From positions 5,127 to 69,126 of the IMG/VR virus record IMGVR_UViG_3300008120_000440: a DNA stretch of 64,000 nt. One strand, 5' to 3'. Shown piece by piece: positions 36,941 through 44,795 of this stretch. Numbering within the stretch: the stretch's first letter is position 1; each line of letters opens with the position of its first letter. A model generated the notes under the pieces. That model did no database searches and was not told where the DNA came from. It saw only the letters and a list, made by a program, of their open reading frames with translations. This DNA comes from a virus. A program made the translations under genes and the position numbers.

Positions 36941-37486
36941 TTACCTATCCGAATTTGGCGGAGACTCAATGCTTGGTTGGTCAATTGTTCCAGCAGGTGC
37001 TTCAATTGGCACCCATGCCCTAGAGTACTTGTGCTCAGCAATTTTCTTTCGCTTGAGTATCGTTCCGTCCATGAGAATTTGAAGTTCGTCATATTTCATT
37101 GACAGCAGCCTGTCAAAGTCTTTTTCTTCGTAAGCACCAGATGCAAGCAACTCTCTAATTATGTCGGAAACCTTGTGCGCCACTAAAGCACCCCTGCCTC
37201 GGTTAAGGCGCATGTGCATTACCCTCGCCTCAAGGGAATCGCAATCCACAAATGTCACTGGTACAAGATTGTTGAATTTCTTGCTCATGTGCTTATTATC
37301 TTTAACTAGCATCCACCTGTGATATCCATCAATGATTGTGTTTGTTGATTTTTGGACAATAATCGGAGACATGAAGCCGTAATCATAAAGCGAGCCAGAT
37401 AGGACTAATAGGTCTGGCCTCAGAACATGTGTCGCGCACCATTCTGGCTTATTCAATACCGAAACATCTACAAGTTCAATTTCCAT
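36941..37486 (-). CDS. IbrB-like ParB/Srx-domain protein
   Basis: GFMSPIIV, IIDGYHRW, RLNRGRG, YSRAW. Confidence 0.8.
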   Translation of the reverse strand: MEIELVDVSVLNKPEWCATHVLRPDLLVLSGSLYDYGFMSPIIVQKSTNTIIDGYHRWMLVKDNKHMSKKFNNLVPVTFVDCDSLEARVMHMRLNRGRGALVAHKVSDIIRELLASGAYEEKDFDRLLSMKYDELQILMDGTILKRKKIAEHKYSRAWVPIEAPAGTIDQPSIESPPNSDR

Positions 37487-37499
37487 GTAACACCTACTC

Positions 37500-38663
37500 C
37501 TATTGTTGTTGGTTTCCGTCAATGTCTTGTCCATCTTCGCCGAGCCTGAGCGCAAGTTGACGAACCGCATGGACTTTGGTTTTTGGGCCGATAGGACTTG
37601 CTGATTCACCGACATCAAGAGAGCCCATAAGCATCGTCCTAATCAATTGATAAATAGTGTAGGACTTTGGGTCAGCCAAGTGCTTTCGTCTGAATTCCGC
37701 AACAAAAGATTTTGCTCGTCGGGTTTTGAACTCACCAATCATGTAGTCATCAATGAAGTAACTAGCACCCTCAAAGCCAAGTTTTGCGTAATTGTTGACT
37801 AGCGCTTCTATGTCAACCGAGGCCCAATAAAGTCGCTGAGCATCAATGTATGGAAATACTTCTACCAGTCTGTCGTAGAATTCTGGCTCAGTTGCAACAA
37901 CATCGCCTATACGGCGAATGGCAACTGAGTGCAAAGGTATCCCAACTCTGCTATTACTGTCGGTTATTGCGGCAACATCGTAATAAGAGCAGTACTCAGC
38001 ATTGTGCTCTTCCGACAAAAATTTGAATACATCATTTGATTGCCAGTCATAAATTACTTTTGCGAACTTTAATGGAATCCCTTTTTTGTTTTTGTACGGT
38101 GTAACGATGTAGTTCTCATGCAACTTCTGAACTAGTGAACGGTAGCGAATCATGGATTCATTTGCTCTCACACCAGTAATAAACGCAACACTCCCCTGCT
38201 TGCCCTGCATCGTGTAGTAGTCAACTGATTCAGGAAGAGGCTTTGTCGCATCAAGTCCAAAATGCTCAGCCCTAATCGCCCATGATGGCATCGGACGAAT
38301 CAAGCGACCTTCTTTCTCTCGCTTGCTGCTCCATAGAATTGCTGACTGTCGTTTACCTAGAACCCAAATTTCAGTTCCATATGGAAGGCAATACCACTCC
38401 ATATCAACCCAGTCGTAATTTCTGACTTTTTCAATATATTCAATGGTTCGTGGGCTAACCATTTCTTCATCGCGGAAAATCACTTTTACTGGGCCAAGCC
38501 CTCGCTCTTCGTGCACTTCTTTTGCTAGGTAAAGAACTGCTGACGAATCTTTTCCACCAGAAAACTGAACACATACAGTGTCAAAAGTATCGTAAACATG
38601 CCTGATGCGCGCCCGAGCCGCCTCAACGCAGTCCATGTCAAGAAATAGTCGTTGGCGTGTCAT
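37500..38663 (-). CDS. IbrA-like PAPS-reductase-family (PP-loop) protein
   Basis: FSGGKDS, FRDEE, WYCLP, GVRANESMIR, IYDW. Confidence 0.85.
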   Translation of the reverse strand: MTRQRLFLDMDCVEAARARIRHVYDTFDTVCVQFSGGKDSSAVLYLAKEVHEERGLGPVKVIFRDEEMVSPRTIEYIEKVRNYDWVDMEWYCLPYGTEIWVLGKRQSAILWSSKREKEGRLIRPMPSWAIRAEHFGLDATKPLPESVDYYTMQGKQGSVAFITGVRANESMIRYRSLVQKLHENYIVTPYKNKKGIPLKFAKVIYDWQSNDVFKFLSEEHNAEYCSYYDVAAITDSNSRVGIPLHSVAIRRIGDVVATEPEFYDRLVEVFPYIDAQRLYWASVDIEALVNNYAKLGFEGASYFIDDYMIGEFKTRRAKSFVAEFRRKHLADPKSYTIYQLIRTMLMGSLDVGESASPIGPKTKVHAVRQLALRLGEDGQDIDGNQQQ

Positions 38664-39463
38664 TACACCTCGCAGTGTTCGTCAATAAAATTCATTAACC
38701 GTTCAGCAGTTGTATTTCCATCTATTGATGGATTACTGCGAAGCCAGCGCACAAAGTTGTACCAACGGCTCTGTTGTTCTGGGGTGTCAAAAACAATCGT
38801 GTATTGAACAATCGCTTGCGGTGCGGCGTTTGGCATTGCTGTAGCAGCGCCCTTTACTGCCAGTTCTTTTTGGTCATGCTCTGGACTGGCGACTATTTTT
38901 GCTTCTTCGTTTTCATCAACTTTGACCATTGAGCGAAGTTCTTCCTTGTATTCCTCTTGCTGCTGAACAGAAAGCGGATTCACAATTGCTGGAGGAATGT
39001 ACTCTCCGCCTGTAACAACTTCAACTTCACGCAGTGTCGCTCGCTCATCAATTGCGGCAATTTCAAATTCGTCCCAGCCAAGGTTGTCCCATAAAGTTAT
39101 GTAGTCATCAGAAACCGTTGACAAAAGATTATTTAGTAAATCATCGTCTGTATAGCCAAGTTCCATGGTTCTGTTATCAGCAAGCGCGTATGCAATTGCC
39201 CTCTTGTCATCACCCTCAAGGAAAATACACGCAATCTTGTCCCAGCCCAAACGCTTTGCTGCCTGAAGTTGGTGATTACCAGCAATAACCGTCATTGTCC
39301 CATCGTTATTTTTGCGAGCAACAATCGGCTTGACCTGCCCAAACTCTTGGTAGGAAGCAGCGATTGCGTCAATGTCGCCTTTGCGTGGATTGCCCTCAAG
39401 TTGCTCAAGGCTGTTGATGTCAACAGCAAGCGATTTAAGTGATTCGTGAATTCCGTTTTTCAT
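38663..39463 (-). CDS. ParB-like N-terminal domain protein
   Basis: NPRKGD, FGQVKPI, VIAGNH, ALADNRT. Confidence 0.85.
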   Translation of the reverse strand: MKNGIHESLKSLAVDINSLEQLEGNPRKGDIDAIAASYQEFGQVKPIVARKNNDGTMTVIAGNHQLQAAKRLGWDKIACIFLEGDDKRAIAYALADNRTMELGYTDDDLLNNLLSTVSDDYITLWDNLGWDEFEIAAIDERATLREVEVVTGGEYIPPAIVNPLSVQQQEEYKEELRSMVKVDENEEAKIVASPEHDQKELAVKGAATAMPNAAPQAIVQYTIVFDTPEQQSRWYNFVRWLRSNPSIDGNTTAERLMNFIDEHCEV

Positions 39464-39798
39464 ACCTGTACTCTCACATTTGCGTTAAGTGTTCGTAATG
39501 AGTCCATTGATGTTCTCACTGACAAAAGTTTTTCGCGCTTTGCTTTTACGAGCGCCTCTGCAATTTTATAGTCATAGTCAAAATCGCTCATCTTGTAGTC
39601 TGCCCATGCTTCGCGCTCTTTGATTGAACCTTTTGCTGCAAGATACTCTTTTGCCCAATTCGCTTTATAGAGTGCTTCTTTTTTAGCGGCATCCTCAGCA
39701 AGTTTTTCAAATGCCTCAGTTTCTTCTTCAAGCATGTCCATGAACCTGAGAATTTCATTCTCAATTTCTATTTGACTGATAGGTCCACTTCTAGCCAT
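39460..39798 (-). CDS. Coiled-coil protein (possibly UvsY-like)
   Basis: Helical 112 aa ending LRTLNANVR; within recombination cluster. Confidence 0.5.
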   Translation of the reverse strand: MARSGPISQIEIENEILRFMDMLEEETEAFEKLAEDAAKKEALYKANWAKEYLAAKGSIKEREAWADYKMSDFDYDYKIAEALVKAKREKLLSVRTSMDSLRTLNANVRVQV

Positions 39799-39799
39799 G

Positions 39800-40339
39800 T
39801 TATTTGCCCTTTTCTAGTGCACTGAATAGTGGCTCCCAATCTATCTTGGTCAGTGCAGAAAGTTGTTCATCCGACCACTTATATTGAGACTCTCCAAGCC
39901 TGGCTAAAACCATTTGCTCAAGGACCCACGCATCACACACATCGTCTGCAGATGGGCCAGTAAAACTAATTCCAGATATTGCAAATACTGAAAACAAAAC
40001 TTCTTTTTTCCCAGCGTTTCCTTTCCCAGTAGCAAATTTTGCACGGCATGTTGGCGGAACATCAATGATTGGGAATCCGTGTTTAGTCAGGAGGGATTTG
40101 ACCACGCCGCCAAGTTCTCCTATTGCATGTGCTCTACTGAACTTTGAGCCAAATGAGTACCCCTCTATTAGAATTGCGGCTGGTCTGGTTGAAGAAGCGA
40201 TTTCAAGTATTTTTTCTGAAATCTCAATCAGGCGAGCAGTCCCTTTTTGCTTTGACGCAATAGCAACATATTCCCCACCAACGCACACGCCAGTAGATGT
40301 AAGGGATAGGTCAATCCCCATGAATCTTAAATCGCTCAT
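39800..40339 (-). CDS. ruvC: RuvC-like Holliday junction resolvase
   Basis: GIDLSLTSTG, LIEGYSF, ELGGVV, ATGKGNAGK, DDVCDA. Confidence 0.88.
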   Translation of the reverse strand: MSDLRFMGIDLSLTSTGVCVGGEYVAIASKQKGTARLIEISEKILEIASSTRPAAILIEGYSFGSKFSRAHAIGELGGVVKSLLTKHGFPIIDVPPTCRAKFATGKGNAGKKEVLFSVFAISGISFTGPSADDVCDAWVLEQMVLARLGESQYKWSDEQLSALTKIDWEPLFSALEKGK

Positions 40340-40376
40340 GCGACGAGACTACTACGCAAACCCAATAAATACGGGT

Positions 40377-40448
40377 AAAAAATAATAGACGCAAGGACAG
40401 GGTAAGTCTCCCTACCCTGCCCTCGCGCCTATAACGGTCCTAAGGATT
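40377..40448 (-). ncRNA. Candidate sRNA / structured 3' element: 17 nt antisense to 23S rRNA followed by 22-bp GAGA-capped stem and U tract
   Basis: CCTTAGGACCGTTATAG then stem ATAGGCGCGAGGGCAGGGTAGG-GAGA-CTTACCCTGTCCTTGCGTCTAT with four G-U pairs, then TATTTTTT. Confidence 0.6.
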
Positions 40449-40457
40449 ACTAGTTTA

Positions 40458-40763
40458 CTACCGTTCCCATCCGTGCCTTGCAAGTCCTAAATCAAATGCA
40501 AGTTGTGGATAATTTCCAATCCTGTTGTGACACGGCCTGCACACGGCGAGCAAGTTTTCTTCATCCAAAATTGAACCACCCTGCGAGCGTCTCACTAGTT
40601 CGTGAATATCAACAGAGCGATTTTGATTGAACAAAGTTTTTTCGTCATACTTCGCAAACACTTTGCACGCTTGACAGTACGGATATTTTTCCAGCAAAGC
40701 CTTAACCAATGGTCTGCGAAGTTCGTACTCCGCTTCCTTCTTTTTGCTTCGCTTGCGAATCAT
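40458..40763 (-). CDS. Small HNH endonuclease
   Basis: CQAC...DIHELVRRSQGG...NLLAVCRPCH. Confidence 0.85.
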   Translation of the reverse strand: MIRKRSKKKEAEYELRRPLVKALLEKYPYCQACKVFAKYDEKTLFNQNRSVDIHELVRRSQGGSILDEENLLAVCRPCHNRIGNYPQLAFDLGLARHGWER

Positions 40764-41287
40764 CAGATTCCGTCTATTGATTCAAATGTCCAACGATTGT
40801 CAAGAGCGTCCCAAAGCGCTCTGTCAATTGCCGTCTCTTCAAGGTCATACTCATCAAGAAGGTTTTTATGCTTAATGATTGCTTTCCTATAGAAGTCGGC
40901 CTGAGCGGCATCATTCTGTGCAGCAACCTTGATGTGGTCGTCGCTTCCAGTGTCAATCAACTTAGTCACTTCATCAAGACGCCTATTCACATGGAACATA
41001 AATCGCTCAATCTTTGTCCTGCGTAGTGAATATGCAAGTTCGGCTTCCTCGGCAAGAACTACACCGTCTTCGCCAAGTGCTTCGTAGCGCTCTTTATCTG
41101 CTTCTGCATCGGCATTTATGTCGTCAACTTGAGACTGAAGATTGTCAATAAGAAGCAAAAGCGCTTTTTGCCACCTAGCCCAATTTCTAGGCTCTAACAA
41201 AATTTTCCGTTGTTGCGATGAAATTTTGTTTTTCACATCCTCCGATACGAGGCGTGCAAATGCGTCGTCGTTTAATAGTGAACTCAT
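40763..41287 (-). CDS. Hypothetical helical protein
   Basis: 174-aa ORF coupled to HNH gene. Confidence 0.7.
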   Translation of the reverse strand: MSSLLNDDAFARLVSEDVKNKISSQQRKILLEPRNWARWQKALLLLIDNLQSQVDDINADAEADKERYEALGEDGVVLAEEAELAYSLRRTKIERFMFHVNRRLDEVTKLIDTGSDDHIKVAAQNDAAQADFYRKAIIKHKNLLDEYDLEETAIDRALWDALDNRWTFESIDGI

Positions 41288-41293
41288 ACTAAA

Positions 41294-42076
41294 TTACTTT
41301 CTACTCCATGCTGGACAAATTGATTTGTATGAACAATAATCGCACAACTTTGATTTTATTGGTTCAAATGAACCAGTTACACACCGCTCATCAATTCGTT
41401 GTTTGATTCCAACCACTCTCTCAACCGTATTTTGTAGTGTCTCGTCTGTGACAATCTCCGTGAATTTAACGCCATCTTTGAGGTACAAAAGTTCTAACTT
41501 TGATGCTTTAAACAATGATGAAATATTCATCAGTGCTGCATAAATGCGCAACTGTTCAAACTTTCCAGAAACCCAGTTTTTGTTTGGAGTTTTGCCAGTC
41601 TTGTAATCCGAAATAACTAATCCGCCATCAGCGTCATTGCTAAATCTGTCAATAAAACCTTTCAGTGTTACGCCACCTAAAGAATCATTTAGTTCGTGTT
41701 CAATCCCAGCGGGAACCACTTTTGACGGGTCTTCAATTAGCCATAGGTTCTCAATACAAAACCATGACTGCCAGCGAATCTTTTTTATTTCGTCAGCACG
41801 ACGGACAACAACTGCAATCTTGTCGCCCCACTCTTTGTTCCAGCACTCTGCAGCAAGGAATCTCGCTGACTGAAGAGTTCTATCGTTTGGTGGCAATTTG
41901 TAAAACAGTTCCAAGACATCGTGGACAAAGTTCCCCATCAGCGCCTCTTTGCCAGACTCATCTGGAATGTTGTCTATCTTCCCGTACTTAAACTTGAGCG
42001 GACATTGCTCAAATGTCGCCAAAGAGGACGGAGAAAGATGCGCTGGTGGTTGTAAGTCCTTATTTTCCAGATTCAA
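41294..42076 (-). CDS. RecB/Cas4-like PD-(D/E)XK exonuclease
   Basis: LSPSS...CPLKF, GFIDR, DYKTG, QLRIYA, CDYCSYKSIC. Confidence 0.9.
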   Translation of the reverse strand: MNLENKDLQPPAHLSPSSLATFEQCPLKFKYGKIDNIPDESGKEALMGNFVHDVLELFYKLPPNDRTLQSARFLAAECWNKEWGDKIAVVVRRADEIKKIRWQSWFCIENLWLIEDPSKVVPAGIEHELNDSLGGVTLKGFIDRFSNDADGGLVISDYKTGKTPNKNWVSGKFEQLRIYAALMNISSLFKASKLELLYLKDGVKFTEIVTDETLQNTVERVVGIKQRIDERCVTGSFEPIKSKLCDYCSYKSICPAWSRK

Positions 42077-42725
42077 CGACTTCGCCCTTCAATTTTATTT
42101 GGGCTAATTTTGAATAAAGGAAATCAAGAATTTCTTCTGATGCGTCTTTTGCGCTGGTTGGCTTTGGCTTGTCGCCATATTGCTGTTTCCAGTACTCGCC
42201 AAGTTGGTCGCGCTCTTCTTTTGTCAACTTCTTTGAAGCGTCCTTGAATTCTTCCCAACGCTTCTCGCTCTCCGACATGGGTGCATTTGAAGCATCAATG
42301 ACTTGCTCAATTTCAATTGCGTCTTCACTGCGGGCAAGGTACAGACCTACGCCAAGCGTTTGTGCCGCTTTTTTCAGAGCATCAGAAATTGCGCCTTTGA
42401 ACTCATCGCCGAGGTCAACTATTCCGCCAGCCTTAGTGCGCTTAATTTTCTGCCCACCAAATCCATCGCGAGTGACGATGTTGAAATCTTCTCCAACCGC
42501 TGGAATCCACTCAAGACGCACATGAGCAACAATGAAATCTGGGTCTGATGCATCGCGTTCACAGCGAACAATCTTGAAAGACCACTTATCAACACCAAGC
42601 ACTTTGTTGAGTCTGGTAATCACTTCACTCACTGGAATATATGTAAGAGCAGTGCCACCCTTGTTGAGAATCTTTTCCATTTCCCGTGGGAATGGTTCTG
42701 TGAGTTGTGGATAAATGTCATTCAT
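42060..42725 (-). CDS. Rad52/Rad22-family single-strand annealing protein (Sak-like)
   Basis: LTYI...VITRLNKVLG, KGAISDALKKAAQTLGVGLYL. Confidence 0.88.
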   Translation of the reverse strand: MNDIYPQLTEPFPREMEKILNKGGTALTYIPVSEVITRLNKVLGVDKWSFKIVRCERDASDPDFIVAHVRLEWIPAVGEDFNIVTRDGFGGQKIKRTKAGGIVDLGDEFKGAISDALKKAAQTLGVGLYLARSEDAIEIEQVIDASNAPMSESEKRWEEFKDASKKLTKEERDQLGEYWKQQYGDKPKPTSAKDASEEILDFLYSKLAQIKLKGEVVESGK

Positions 42726-43216
42726 TACTTTGCCTCCCTAACGATGATGCTTGTTTTAAAATCTCCCTGTTCGCAATACGAATCAGGATTCACTCCAATT
42801 TCTCCAAGTTTGCCAACTCGCCAGTACGAAACTGCTGCATAATCAAGCAATTTGACAACCATGTCCTGTGCGCTCATGACGATTTCACCAGTGTCCATGT
42901 CAACGGACATTTCAGACAGACGCTCAGCAACGCGAGTTGCTAGTTCAGGGTGACGCCACTTCTTTCTGTCTGCTGCTGTTTTCTTTTCAATCGTGATTCC
43001 GCTTGCGGTCTCAATCATTCCGCTGGAGCCCATCAGGTTGCCAACACCGTGAGCAAATGAGTCGTAGATAACAGACAGTTCGCGCTTTGCAAAATTCAGT
43101 TTTGCAAGACCCTCTGCTGCTTCATCAATCTCTGGTTTTGAGTCAATGTACTCAGCCAGTTGCTTGTTCAATTCTGCCAATGCTGAAGCAAAATCATCCA
43201 GTGATTTAATAGCCAT
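42725..43216 (-). CDS. Hypothetical phage protein
   Basis: 163-aa ORF with GAGG RBS, first gene of recombination cluster. Confidence 0.7.
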   Translation of the reverse strand: MAIKSLDDFASALAELNKQLAEYIDSKPEIDEAAEGLAKLNFAKRELSVIYDSFAHGVGNLMGSSGMIETASGITIEKKTAADRKKWRHPELATRVAERLSEMSVDMDTGEIVMSAQDMVVKLLDYAAVSYWRVGKLGEIGVNPDSYCEQGDFKTSIIVREAK

Positions 43217-43250
43217 ATATGTCCTCGCTTAAGGTATTAGTAATAGTTAC

Positions 43251-44555
43251 CTAGACGACGATACTGACTCTTTTCCTCTGTGGCAACCCCAGTCCTGTCA
43301 AATGTGTAAATGCCCCAACTGCGGAGTCAACTTGGTCGTCGTGGTTGGTTGATTCTGGGAAAGAAGAAAGTTCGTCCATCCAGTCACTTAGCCACGCTCC
43401 ACGCACAACCCTGACATTTCCATTTGCTACAGCGGCAGCAAATGGTCTTGCTCTAGTCACCTTGTCTCCAGTAGACCGAATCGCCGCAAAGTCGTAGCCT
43501 GGGACCACATATCGCGCATATTGGTCCATGAGCGCCTTGCCCGATGAGCCTGGTTCCTGCTCCATGCGGATTGGGACTAATTTCCCATCTTCATAAGCAG
43601 TCTGAGCAATAAACTGCTCAACCTTTTCGTTCTTCAGGCGTGCCTTTTTGACATCCAGCACATATGCGATGCCTTGGTCAAACATCATCAGGGTTCCGAC
43701 CGTCCAGTCGGGGTCTGGGGTCGCGGCATTTGGCTCTGTCGCTGCAAGGTCCCAAAATCTGACGACTCGTGCCGACGATGTGATTGGAGGGATTTCTTCA
43801 TTATCCATAATAACTATTGATGTTCGCTCAAACATGCTTCCCAGCGTTGTTGACCACCAGTCACCTTCTTCAAGACGGCGTCGTTCAACTGGGTCAAGGG
43901 CAGATAGTGCTTGGCGATACGAAACAGCGTCAATTCCAGGGTTATCCGTAAGTCGTGAAGGAACGAAGATTCTGCCTTTTTCCTGCCCTTCAACGATAAA
44001 ACGCTGGCGGACCCAGTTCGGCGCAGGGTTTGAGGCGCACCTCATTCGCAGTGGAACTTCGGATAGGGGGCCGCTATTTGGGCGACGGAGACGAGAGAAC
44101 ATATATCGGTAATCGTTTTCACGGATTTCCGTGACCTCATCCATGCCGATGAATTGAAATTCAGAACCCTTATAGCGAAGGTAGTCACCAGTGTTGTTTA
44201 GGTATCCAAACGAAATTCTGGCCCCAGAGGGAAATGTCGCAACGAAACTGTTGTTGTTCCAGTGGATGTCGTCATGAGGAGATATCCATGTTTTGAAGCG
44301 GTCCATGAGCGCTCCAGGAAGTGATAAGTCAGCAAATGTGCGACGGAAAAGAATTGCCGAATAGTTAGGCACATCAACATACTGAAGCGCAGACATGAGA
44401 AGAGCAGAAGACTTTCCTCCTCCTGCAGCGCCGCCAAAAAGTGCCTCAATTGAGTAAGTTCTTAGGAAAACTCGTTGATTTATTGACGGAGCCTCTGGGA
44501 CATAGAGGGGTTCCTTCGGTTGCAAATACTCTAAAACTTTTGCCCAATTAGTCAC
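43251..44555 (-). CDS. terL: Terminase large subunit
   Basis: GGAAGGGKS Walker A, FIGMDE Walker B, WDLA, HDDQVD; GTG start after GGAG. Confidence 0.95.
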   Translation of the reverse strand: MTNWAKVLEYLQPKEPLYVPEAPSINQRVFLRTYSIEALFGGAAGGGKSSALLMSALQYVDVPNYSAILFRRTFADLSLPGALMDRFKTWISPHDDIHWNNNSFVATFPSGARISFGYLNNTGDYLRYKGSEFQFIGMDEVTEIRENDYRYMFSRLRRPNSGPLSEVPLRMRCASNPAPNWVRQRFIVEGQEKGRIFVPSRLTDNPGIDAVSYRQALSALDPVERRRLEEGDWWSTTLGSMFERTSIVIMDNEEIPPITSSARVVRFWDLAATEPNAATPDPDWTVGTLMMFDQGIAYVLDVKKARLKNEKVEQFIAQTAYEDGKLVPIRMEQEPGSSGKALMDQYARYVVPGYDFAAIRSTGDKVTRARPFAAAVANGNVRVVRGAWLSDWMDELSSFPESTNHDDQVDSAVGAFTHLTGLGLPQRKRVSIVV

Positions 44556-44574
44556 ATTCGTCTCCAACAAGTTC

Positions 44575-44607
44575 TATCGTATGTCACAATTGTGCGCTAG
44601 GTTGTAC
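44575..44607. promoter_or_regulatory. Divergent promoter region with central palindrome CACAATTGTG
   Basis: TACGAT on minus strand and TAGGTT on plus strand flank a 10-bp palindrome at 44585-44594. Confidence 0.5.
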
Positions 44608-44610
44608 ATG

Positions 44611-44790
44611 ATGAAAAAAATATTCAGGGCAATTCGTTCAAAGTTGACCAGACCAACCTTCGCAAATTTGTTGATGGCATCATTTATACTATTTACGGCG
44701 ATTGGAGGATTTCTCATAGCACCACCAATCGGATTCCTGGTAGCGGGTTTAACATGCGGCATATTCGGATACATATTGGGCGCTGAGTAA
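44611..44790 (+). CDS. Small membrane protein upstream of portal
   Basis: Basic N-terminus and two hydrophobic segments. Confidence 0.7.
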   Translation: MKKIFRAIRSKLTRPTFANLLMASFILFTAIGGFLIAPPIGFLVAGLTCGIFGYILGAE

Positions 44791-44795
44791 AAATT

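Noticed and set aside
40429-40445. 23S match as an rRNA gene, intron or cloning-vector I-CeuI site
   Set aside because: Only 17 nt match; flanks diverge from rRNA and from the full I-CeuI site; embedded in native phage context
41294-42076. Cas4 as evidence of a CRISPR-Cas locus
   Set aside because: No cas1/cas2 or array; adjacent to a Rad52-like annealase, typical of phage recombination modules
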